Assembly (NCBI GenBank): GCA_018819285.1
Contig: JAHJQM010000058.1
Location: 1 to 63,806, forward strand
DNA: 63,806 bases
From: Candidatus Omnitrophota bacterium
GTDB lineage: Bacteria; Omnitrophota; Gorgyraeia; Gorgyraeales; Gorgyraeaceae
Reading direction: 5' to 3'
The position numbers and the translations under genes are program-made. Shown here piece after piece: positions 48,899 to 55,625 of the stretch (within the stretch, counting starts at the first letter, position 1; every line of letters begins with the position of its first letter). Below the pieces are notes generated by a model. The model had not been told where the DNA came from. It made no database searches and saw only the letters and a list, made by a program, of their open reading frames with translations.

Positions 48899-49515
48899 TG
48901 TCCAAAATAAAATTCACAAAAGGAGAACTTAAAAAGCAACGTGATGCATTAAAAAAATTTGAGCGTTATCTGCCTATATTGCAGTTAAAGAAACAGCAGA
49001 TGCAGCTTGAGATACAGCGTACTCATCAAAGGTTAAATCAGAAAATAGAAGAGCTGGATAATTTAGAAAACAAGATAAGCAAATGGGCAGGTCTTCTGGC
49101 CGAGCCGGGCGATTATGTGGCAGGCTGGATAAAGCCGAAAAATATTATTACATCCGGTTTTAATATCGCGGGCGTGGATATCCCGGTATTTGAAAGAGTT
49201 GATTTTGAAGAAGCAGAATATGATTTATTTCTGACGCCTTTATGGGTGGATACAGCGATTATAGCGTTAAGAAAATTCATAGCGCTTCTGGAGGAGAAAA
49301 AGGTATTGAATAAACAGCTGGAAATATTGGCTAAGGAGCTTAGGATAACAAACCAGAGAGTGAACCTCTTCGAAAAAATAAAGATTCCGGAGTGCGTTGA
49401 AAACATAAGGCGCATAAGGATTTATCTAGGCGACCAGCAGGCAAGCACAGTGGGCAGATCCAAGATAGCTAAGAAAAAGATCGAAAAGATGAGCTTGGAG
49501 GCAATTCTGGCATGA
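48898..49515 (+). CDS. atpD: V-type ATPase subunit D, operon 2
   Basis: 205 aa. A coiled-coil central stalk with FTKGELKKQRDALKKFERYLPILQLKKQQ. Confidence 0.85.
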   Translation: MSKIKFTKGELKKQRDALKKFERYLPILQLKKQQMQLEIQRTHQRLNQKIEELDNLENKISKWAGLLAEPGDYVAGWIKPKNIITSGFNIAGVDIPVFERVDFEEAEYDLFLTPLWVDTAIIALRKFIALLEEKKVLNKQLEILAKELRITNQRVNLFEKIKIPECVENIRRIRIYLGDQQASTVGRSKIAKKKIEKMSLEAILA

Positions 49516-51251
49516 TAGTTAAAATGAAAAAGATAATCCTTGTGATGCAATCAAAAGATTTGAGCGTTACGCTCGAACATTTAAGGAATCTCGGGCTTTT
49601 GCACGTAGAGCATGAGAACCTGCCGCTAGGCGAAAATATAGCAAAGATGAAAGAAGACAGGCTTCGCGCAATAGAAGCTATGGAGATTCTTCCTGATATA
49701 GAAAATCAGAAATCTTTGAATGGATGCGAGGGGGATATCGTAGCTAGAATCTTGGATTTGATGGATGAAAATGAAACTCTGATAGAAAAACTTTACATGG
49801 TAAAGCGCGAGATAAATACATGGGAAGAGTGGGGTGATTTTGATCCCAGGATCATTGAACGCATGAAGGATAATAAGGTATGGGTAAAGCTATGTAAGAT
49901 TGCGCCTCAGAAAAAAAAGAATATCCCTGAGGGCGTTATCTTGGAAGAGCTGTTCAGAAAAAAGAATATTATTTATTGCGCTGCGATTTCAGAAAAAGAA
50001 ATTACCCTGCCTTTTGAAACTCTTACATTGCCTGAAATGAGCCTCAAGCAGATGATCGCTGAAGAGAAAAGATATGAGTTAAGGATAAAGGAAATAGAAA
50101 AAATGTTTTTGGAGATGGCTGTATATAAAAATGCACTGGGACAATATGAAAAATATTTAGATTCAGCGATAGAATTCAATGAAATAACAGAAGGGGCTGG
50201 CAGGTTTGAAAAACTTTCCTATATAAAAGGCTATTGCCCTATAGATAAGGCCGGTGTTATTGAGAAGGCTGCCTCGCTGGAAAAGTGGGCAATATTGGTA
50301 AGAGATCCGGATGAAAACGAAATGCCTCCGACATTAATAAGAAATCCAAAATGGGTCAGAATAATAGAGCCTATGTTCAATATTATAAATACCATACCTG
50401 GTTACAGGGAGATTGACATAAGCCCGCATTTTCTGATATTTTTTTCAATATTTTTCGGAATGCTCATAGGCGACGCAGGCTACGGCCTGGTATATTTTAT
50501 AGCGGGTCTTGCGATGCAAAGAAGATTTAAACAGTTAAAGGATAAGTCTGTATTCTTTTTAACCTATGTCTTGAGCAGCTGCGCTATTATCTGGGGCGTT
50601 ATGACAGGCGTATTTTTCGGGCCGCATGTATGGCTGAAACCCATGGCGCCATATTTTGCGGATAATACAAACGTGCAGGCGTTTTGTTTCCTGATAGGGG
50701 CTATACAGTTGAGCATAGCGCATATCTGGAAAATTTTAAGGAAAATACCTTCCTTAAAAGCGCTAAGCGATGTAGGCTGGATATGTATTTTATGGTCGGT
50801 GTATTTTCTGGCAAAGACACTGATATTAAGTATTGAATTTCCGAGTTTTGGAAAATGGATTTTTATAGCCGGCTCAGCGTTTGTTATTTTATTTACAAAG
50901 CCAGTAAAAAATATTTTTGTCGGCATCGGGACTGGTTTGGGGGATTTTTTATTGAAAGTTGTAAATAGCTTTGCGGATATAGTGTCTTATATAAGGTTAT
51001 TTGCAGTAGGACTTGCGGGAGTGGCAATAGCAGATGCGTTTAACCAAATAGCAGGTAGCATAGGAGTAAGCAGTATTTTAAACATTTTATTGAGCGCGTT
51101 TGTGCTTTTCGCAGGACATACGCTGAATCTTGCAATGGGGATACTGGCGATATTGGTTCACGGGGTAAGGCTGAATGTCCTTGAATTTTCAGGTCATCTG
51201 GATATGGAATGGTCAGGCGTTAAATACTCGCCTTTTAAAAACATCAAATAA
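49512..51251 (+). CDS. atpI: V-type ATPase subunit I, operon 2
   Basis: 579 aa. A soluble N-terminal half plus a multi-TM C-terminal half with SYIRLFAVGLAG...GVRLNVLEFSGH. Confidence 0.85.
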   Translation: MIVKMKKIILVMQSKDLSVTLEHLRNLGLLHVEHENLPLGENIAKMKEDRLRAIEAMEILPDIENQKSLNGCEGDIVARILDLMDENETLIEKLYMVKREINTWEEWGDFDPRIIERMKDNKVWVKLCKIAPQKKKNIPEGVILEELFRKKNIIYCAAISEKEITLPFETLTLPEMSLKQMIAEEKRYELRIKEIEKMFLEMAVYKNALGQYEKYLDSAIEFNEITEGAGRFEKLSYIKGYCPIDKAGVIEKAASLEKWAILVRDPDENEMPPTLIRNPKWVRIIEPMFNIINTIPGYREIDISPHFLIFFSIFFGMLIGDAGYGLVYFIAGLAMQRRFKQLKDKSVFFLTYVLSSCAIIWGVMTGVFFGPHVWLKPMAPYFADNTNVQAFCFLIGAIQLSIAHIWKILRKIPSLKALSDVGWICILWSVYFLAKTLILSIEFPSFGKWIFIAGSAFVILFTKPVKNIFVGIGTGLGDFLLKVVNSFADIVSYIRLFAVGLAGVAIADAFNQIAGSIGVSSILNILLSAFVLFAGHTLNLAMGILAILVHGVRLNVLEFSGHLDMEWSGVKYSPFKNIK

Positions 51252-51266
51252 AACAAAGGAGATGTT

Positions 51267-51731
51267 ATGGAGCCAAATACATTAGTTCAGTTTAAGGATA
51301 TCGGGATAGCAGGCGCAGCGCTTGCTTTTTCAGCAGTTGGTTCTGCAGTAGGCACAGGCGTGGCAGGCATGGCAGCGATTGGAGCGTGGAAAAAATGTTT
51401 TGCCCAGAATAAGCCGGCGCCATTTATATTTCTGGCGTTTGTGGGAGCCCCGCTTACGCAGACTATATACGGAATGATAGTGATGAATGCCTTGATAGAG
51501 GCGAGTAAAAAAGTGCAAAATCTGGGAATATTAAGCGCTTTGGGTATGCTGGCAGGCGTTGCAATAGGTTTTTCAGCGTGGTATCAGGGAAAGGCAGCTG
51601 CCTCAGCAAGCGATGCAATGGGCGAGACAGGTAAAGGCTTCGGAAACTATCTGATGGTTCTAGGTATAATAGAGACAGTTGCAATATTTACAATGGTATT
51701 TACTTTAATGGCTATAGGGAAGGTACAATAA
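51267..51731 (+). CDS. atpK: V-type ATPase proteolipid subunit K, duplicated 4-TM NtpK-like, operon 2
   Basis: 154 aa with four TM helices. PLTQTIYG, WYQGK and IIETVAIF align by eye with the Na+-ligand positions T64/Q65, Q110 and E139 of Enterococcus hirae NtpK. Confidence 0.85.
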   Translation: MEPNTLVQFKDIGIAGAALAFSAVGSAVGTGVAGMAAIGAWKKCFAQNKPAPFIFLAFVGAPLTQTIYGMIVMNALIEASKKVQNLGILSALGMLAGVAIGFSAWYQGKAAASASDAMGETGKGFGNYLMVLGIIETVAIFTMVFTLMAIGKVQ

Positions 51732-51747
51732 ACCCTTTAATTAGTGC

Positions 51748-51776
51748 TTGCCAAGCATAATGCGGTATAGTATATT
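51748..51776 (+). promoter_or_regulatory. Candidate promoter for the tRNA pair
   Basis: TTGCCA at 51748-51753, a 17-nt spacer, then TATATT at 51771-51776. The tRNA-Val 5' end lies 15 nt downstream. Confidence 0.4.
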
Positions 51777-51791
51777 ATTAGGCACTTTAAA

Positions 51792-51869
51792 GGGCGGTTA
51801 GCTCAGTTGGCAGAGCGCTTCGTTTACACCGAAGAGGTTTCACAGGTTCGAGCCCTGTACCGCCCACCA
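51792..51869 (+). tRNA. tRNA-Val (anticodon TAC), CCA encoded
   Basis: Folded by hand. Acceptor GGGCGGT/ACCGCCC, D arm GCTC-AGTTGGCA-GAGC, anticodon arm CTTCG-TTTACAC-CGAAG and T arm ACAGG-TTCGAGC-CCTGT. The variable region is slightly long (AGGTTTC, 7 nt). Confidence 0.85.
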
Positions 51870-51879
51870 TTAAATATTT

Positions 51880-51956
51880 GGGGACGTAGTTCAGTTGGAT
51901 AGAACAATTGATTGTCGATCAATAGGTCGCGGGTTCGAGCCCCGTCGTCCCCGCCA
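51880..51956 (+). tRNA. tRNA-Asp (anticodon GTC), CCA encoded
   Basis: Acceptor GGGGACG/CGTCCCC, D arm GTTC-AGTTGGATA-GAAC, anticodon arm ATTGA-TTGTCGA-TCAAT, variable AGGTC and T arm GCGGG-TTCGAGC-CCCGT. Confidence 0.9.
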
Positions 51957-51987
51957 TATAATTAGGTAGTTTAGAAACTACCGACTG

Positions 51988-52037
51988 AAACCCTACTTAT
52001 CGTCGAGAAATCGATGATGGGTAGGGTTTTTGTTTTT
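51988..52037 (+). terminator. Rho-independent terminator after the tRNA pair
   Basis: AAACCCTAC...GTAGGGTTT is a long imperfect hairpin followed by TTTTGTTTTT. Confidence 0.7.
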
Positions 52038-52045
52038 ATGGAAAC

Positions 52046-52105
52046 CTTGAAAATCTTGGAAATTGTAACACGTTTTGTCACGTTCTGTCACGCTGTAAAC
52101 TGTCA
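52046..52105 (+). repeat. Iteron-like short direct repeats at the island edge
   Basis: Adjacent 9-mers CTTGAAAAT and CTTGGAAAT (52046-52063). Then TGTAAC, TGTCACG, TGTCACG, TGTAAA and TGTCAT units starting at 52064, 52076, 52086, 52094 and 52101. Confidence 0.5.
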
Positions 52106-52139
52106 TTGCGAGACCGCCAAAGGCGGCCGAAGCAATCTC
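52102..52139 (+). repeat. GTCATTGCGAG...GAAGCAATCTC hairpin repeat, copy A (with inserted inner hairpin)
   Basis: GTCATTGCGAGACCGCCAAAGGCGGCCGAAGCAATCTC. The core arms are shared with copies B and C. The inner CCGCC-AAA-GGCGG hairpin replaces the short loop. Confidence 0.8.
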
Positions 52140-52197
52140 TAATATTCTTCAAGCGAGGCACCGAAGGTGCCGAGTCGAGAAGATAAATAAGGAACAC

Positions 52198-52653
52198 GTG
52201 AAAGGCTACCAATACCTAGAAAACGACTTCTTCGATCTCTGTAAAACCAGAGAAATAGGCCGTATCCCTATGCTCTTATATATCTACCTCCGCGGCCTCT
52301 ATTGCAGGTTCCAAAAGCCAATTTTCTTCTGCTTTGATAAGCAAATCAAGGATCATCTATGTATATCCCAAAGCACCTTATCCAGAGCAAGAGACTATTT
52401 ACAAAAACGAGGCGTTATTACCTATAAAAGCGGAAAAGGCACCCACCCTACTGAATATACCATGCTCGGCACAGTTCTCTTACCTGTCGTCAAAAAGACG
52501 ACACCGTATCGTCACACCCAAGCACAGAGGTATCGTCAAAATAACGACACCATATATACAAGTAAAGAAATATTAAAGAAGAAAGTAGGGATTATATTTC
52601 AAGGGATGAGTGATAAAGATAGAGATTTTTTGAAAACGAAAGGAATTTTGTAA
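52198..52653 (+). CDS. Winged-helix DNA-binding protein (phage/plasmid replication-organiser-like), hypothetical
   Basis: 151 aa with a GTG start. The segment LCISQSTLSRARDYLQKRGVITYKSGKG looks like a wHTH. Iteron-like repeats lie upstream. No family was verified. Confidence 0.4.
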   Translation: MKGYQYLENDFFDLCKTREIGRIPMLLYIYLRGLYCRFQKPIFFCFDKQIKDHLCISQSTLSRARDYLQKRGVITYKSGKGTHPTEYTMLGTVLLPVVKKTTPYRHTQAQRYRQNNDTIYTSKEILKKKVGIIFQGMSDKDRDFLKTKGIL

Positions 52654-52657
52654 CGCC

Positions 52658-52685
52658 GTCATTGCGAGCGAAGCGAAGCAATCTC
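52658..52685 (+). repeat. GTCATTGCGAG...GAAGCAATCTC hairpin repeat, copy B
   Basis: GTCATTGCGAGCGAAGCGAAGCAATCTC lies 5 nt after the stop of the 52198 ORF. Confidence 0.85.
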
Positions 52686-52692
52686 ATAAATT

Positions 52693-52926
52693 ATGGACTT
52701 TAGATTAAGAACCCTATTATATCCAAAAACATACTTCTGGATAGATGTTCTGTTTATCAGAGAGACACAAAAGGCTATCTTGATCGAGTTTGATGATAAA
52801 AAAGCATGGTTTCCTAAAGTGTGGGTTAGAAGAATAAAGCGGAATAAGAACATTTTTCGTCATTGCGAGCGAAACGAAGCAATCTCTATTAAAATATCTC
52901 AATTCCATTGGGAGAAAGAGTTTTGA
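52693..52926 (+). CDS. Small hypothetical protein (phage-like ...KAILIEFDDKKAWFPKVWV motif)
   Basis: 77-aa ORF. Its C-terminal RHCERNEAIS stretch is encoded by repeat copy C, so the true C-terminus is uncertain. Confidence 0.35.
   Translation: MDFRLRTLLYPKTYFWIDVLFIRETQKAILIEFDDKKAWFPKVWVRRIKRNKNIFRHCERNEAISIKISQFHWEKEF
52859..52886 (+). repeat. GTCATTGCGAG...GAAGCAATCTC hairpin repeat, copy C
   Basis: GTCATTGCGAGCGAAACGAAGCAATCTC has one substitution relative to copy B. Confidence 0.85.
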
Positions 52927-53000
52927 GTTTGTGATTCCTGTTTTTTTGCCTGTATAATATCTACACGGGCAACCATAGCCAATCATTCCACACACAACCT

Positions 53001-53213
53001 TTGAAGCTTTGGTTTAGAGCATCGCGCTATCCAGATAAGACTTTAGGACAGAGGATTCGCAAGCATAGATTAGAGAAAGGATTTAAACAAATAGATCTTG
53101 CGAAACGTTTAAAAGTAGACGAGGCGACTATTATTAATTGGGAGAAGGATAGAACAATACCAACTAATAGATATAGGGATAGGTTAAAGAAGTTTTTAGA
53201 TGTTCATCTGTAA
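53001..53213 (+). CDS. XRE-family helix-turn-helix transcriptional regulator
   Basis: LGQRIRKHRLEKGFKQIDLAKRLKVDEATIINWEKDRTIP is a classic Cro/CI-type HTH. It has a TTG start and no in-frame ATG, so the start is uncertain. A TATAAT lies at 52953-52958 upstream. Confidence 0.7.
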   Translation: MKLWFRASRYPDKTLGQRIRKHRLEKGFKQIDLAKRLKVDEATIINWEKDRTIPTNRYRDRLKKFLDVHL

Positions 53214-53305
53214 CTTACCCTACCATTTAATCTACATTATTTAGTATTTAAGAGAGAATATTATTATCATAGGAATCAAATCGATAAAATAAAGGGAGGT
53301 TTTTA

Positions 53306-53890
53306 ATGGCTAAGAGGGTTTTACCGAAAAAGAGTAATTCTGCTTTCAATGAGAACTTACCAATGGCAGATAAACAGGCTTTAGAAACAGAACAAACATC
53401 TCTTGAGAAGGCTTTGTCGCAGGATGCAAGTTTTGCTAAGGAAGTATTGAAAACGTTCTATCCGCAGGCAATTCCAATGTGCATTGAGGGGTTAGGAGCA
53501 GGGCCAGAAGCTACTGATAAAGGAAGGGATCTTTATGCCATTATAAAGATTGTAAGAGACGCATTAATGGAAGAAGATACACAGACAGATATAATAAATA
53601 AGATTTTAGCAGATATTATATCTGGAGCATATCAAGATAGAGTAATTGCTTATAGTAATAGTTGTGCTACAAATAATTCAGAAACAACACGGGCTATACA
53701 GCAAATGAGGCAATCAGCAGATAATCACTTATTATCTGTTATTCAGGCATTTAAGAATTTCAAACGCCCACCAGTGAATGTAATAGTAAAGCAAACCGAG
53801 CAAGTCAACATCGCAGATAAGCAGATTAATGTGACTAAGAAAGAAGATTCTCCAAGTGATTTAGACAGGAAAAATGAAGATATTAGTTGA
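53306..53890 (+). CDS. Hypothetical protein (no recognisable motif)
   Basis: 194-aa ORF preceded by AAGGGAGG. Its end overlaps the next ORF by 17 nt. Confidence 0.5.
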   Translation: MAKRVLPKKSNSAFNENLPMADKQALETEQTSLEKALSQDASFAKEVLKTFYPQAIPMCIEGLGAGPEATDKGRDLYAIIKIVRDALMEEDTQTDIINKILADIISGAYQDRVIAYSNSCATNNSETTRAIQQMRQSADNHLLSVIQAFKNFKRPPVNVIVKQTEQVNIADKQINVTKKEDSPSDLDRKNEDIS

Positions 53891-54281
53891 AGAGGTTGAT
53901 AGTATTCTTGCTCGTGAGGCAGGGAAAGCATTGCCAGAGAAATGCGAAACTGGAAAGGTTGAATTTGTGATTTCGGATTTATGGACACAAGAGGTTTGTA
54001 TTGTCTCTACACTTGGCAGATATGGCGGTTTTCTCCGATGGTTCATTTGTCCTGGCTGTAATCAAAGAGTAGGTAAGCTATATCTCCCAATAGGGAATCA
54101 TGCCTTTCTTTGCAGACATTGTTATAAGCTAGGTTACAGAGCTCAGTTTATAAGGGATTGTAGAAAGACAAGCAATAATAAGGAAAAAACAAAACGACAG
54201 AATAGACTTGAAATTTTAAAGCAATTGCAAGAGATGCTAAAGGGAAGAAAGCGAAAAACAAATAGAAAGGAGATGATATGA
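53874..54281 (+). CDS. Zinc-ribbon protein with basic C-terminal tail, hypothetical
   Basis: CPGCNQRVGKLYLPIGNHAFLCRHC (CxxC...CxxC), then a K/R-rich tail. ATGA overlap with the recombinase gene. Confidence 0.5.
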   Translation: MKILVEEVDSILAREAGKALPEKCETGKVEFVISDLWTQEVCIVSTLGRYGGFLRWFICPGCNQRVGKLYLPIGNHAFLCRHCYKLGYRAQFIRDCRKTSNNKEKTKRQNRLEILKQLQEMLKGRKRKTNRKEMI

Positions 54282-54835
54282 AAAAGGTAGCTTTGTATAT
54301 CAGAGTTTCTATGGCAGATCAGAACATAGAAACGCAAAAGATGGCTTTGGAGGATTATTGCAAGAGAATGGACTATGAGATAACAGATACCTATCAGGAC
54401 AATGGTTTTAGCGGTAAGAACGATAACAGGCCTGATTTTGAGCGTCTGCTGGCTGACGTAAGGGCAAATAAGATTGATTGCGTGCTTGTCTATAAGCTGG
54501 ATAGGATAGGGCGTTCTTTAAAGCATTTGCTTAATCTCTTTGAGGAATTTAAGAATCTTGGAGTAGAGTTCATATCTTTGACTCAGAATATCAATACTAA
54601 TACTCCGGAGGGTAAGATGTTCTGGCAGATGTTAGGGGTCTTTGCGGAGTATGAGCGAGAAATGATAGTAGCAAGGACTAAATCTGGGCTTGATAGGGCT
54701 AGAAAACAAGGTAAGACACTTGGTAGACCAAAAGGTAGCAAGGACAAGAAGATAAGAAATCTGTCAGGGTATTGGAGAAGATGGAGCGAGAAAAAGAGAG
54801 CCAAGGGTTTGCCTAGAGTCAGATCTTTACCTTGA
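54278..54835 (+). CDS. Small serine recombinase (resolvase/invertase catalytic domain) lacking a recognisable C-terminal HTH
   Basis: ALYIRVSMADQ (catalytic Ser), VYKLDRIGRS and FAEYEREMIVARTKSGL...GRPKG. The 27 residues after GRPKGSKDKK do not look like the usual HTH. Confidence 0.85.
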   Translation: MKKVALYIRVSMADQNIETQKMALEDYCKRMDYEITDTYQDNGFSGKNDNRPDFERLLADVRANKIDCVLVYKLDRIGRSLKHLLNLFEEFKNLGVEFISLTQNINTNTPEGKMFWQMLGVFAEYEREMIVARTKSGLDRARKQGKTLGRPKGSKDKKIRNLSGYWRRWSEKKRAKGLPRVRSLP

Positions 54836-54918
54836 TTGAAAATGGTTTGTATCTTTCAGCAAAAGAGGTATAATTAAACTTATAGAGTGTCTTCAAGTAG
54901 GATGGTTACAATAACTCG

Positions 54919-55617
54919 ATGAAACCAGAAGAAACAAAATCGTTAGCTAAGCAGTCTGCGACAGACAACATTCTAAATGCTGTAAAAGCTGCTATTTCTG
55001 CTATTCCATACGGCGGTGGAGTCGTTGCTTCATTAATAAGTGACTATATTCCTAAATCACGAGAAAAAAGGACGCTAGAATTTTTAAAAAAAGTAGCTGA
55101 AGATCTAGAATCCTTAAAAGGCATAGTCAACGAAAAGTATATACAATCTGAAGAATTTGAATATCTATTTCAAAAGGCATGGCGAGTAGCGGTTGAGCAC
55201 TATCAAAATGAAAAAGTGGAAGGATTTAGAGCTATATTAATCAACTCTGCTATTGGGAAGGAAGCAACGGCAGATGACAAAGACTTGTTTATTAATATAC
55301 TTAACGACCTTACAGGATATCACTTTCAAATGCTCAAGGTTTTCCAAGACCCAGTGGGATGGAATGCAAAAAATAGCAATAAAGTAAAAGGGGCTTCTAT
55401 GATGGCCTCTCTTAGTCAAATATTTAGAGAATGTTTTCCAGACTGGGGCGAAGAGAGGATAATCATAATTCTCGACGATTTATTTAACAAAAAATTGTGC
55501 ACTATATCTTCCGAACGTCTAAAAGTCATGATAAGTGGGGGCGGAATTGAGAAGTTTAATAATGCTCTTACACCTTTTGGAAGACGATTCATAGATTATG
55601 TTACATTTACTAAATAG
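54919..55617 (+). CDS. Uncharacterised soluble protein, candidate Abi-like sensor/partner (gene 1 of pair)
   Basis: 232 aa with no TM. The segment FRAILINSAIGKEATADDKDLFINILNDLTGYHFQMLKVF resembles Abi-alpha/DUF4393-type proteins from memory only. A TATAAT at 54869-54874 lies upstream. Confidence 0.4.
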   Translation: MKPEETKSLAKQSATDNILNAVKAAISAIPYGGGVVASLISDYIPKSREKRTLEFLKKVAEDLESLKGIVNEKYIQSEEFEYLFQKAWRVAVEHYQNEKVEGFRAILINSAIGKEATADDKDLFINILNDLTGYHFQMLKVFQDPVGWNAKNSNKVKGASMMASLSQIFRECFPDWGEERIIIILDDLFNKKLCTISSERLKVMISGGGIEKFNNALTPFGRRFIDYVTFTK

Positions 55618-55625
55618 GATACACA

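Noticed and set aside
51792-51869. Whether the 7-nt variable region (AGGTTTC) makes tRNA-Val a pseudogene.
   Set aside because: All four stems pair perfectly and the conserved GTTCGA T-loop and D-loop GG are present. It is most likely functional, and tRNAscan-SE or ARAGORN would settle it.
52334-52576. 80-aa alternative-frame ORF inside the 52198-52653 gene, and the 59222-59464 ORF inside hsdM.
   Set aside because: They are fully nested in longer ORFs with better coding character. There is no independent RBS or motif.
52045-54843. CCTTGAAAAT (52045-52054) versus CCTTGATTGAAAAT (54830-54843) as direct repeats flanking the recombinase-containing 2.8-kb segment.
   Set aside because: It is only a 10-nt AT-rich match with a 4-nt indel, and the right copy overlaps the recombinase stop codon. 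That is too weak to call an att or res site without comparative data.
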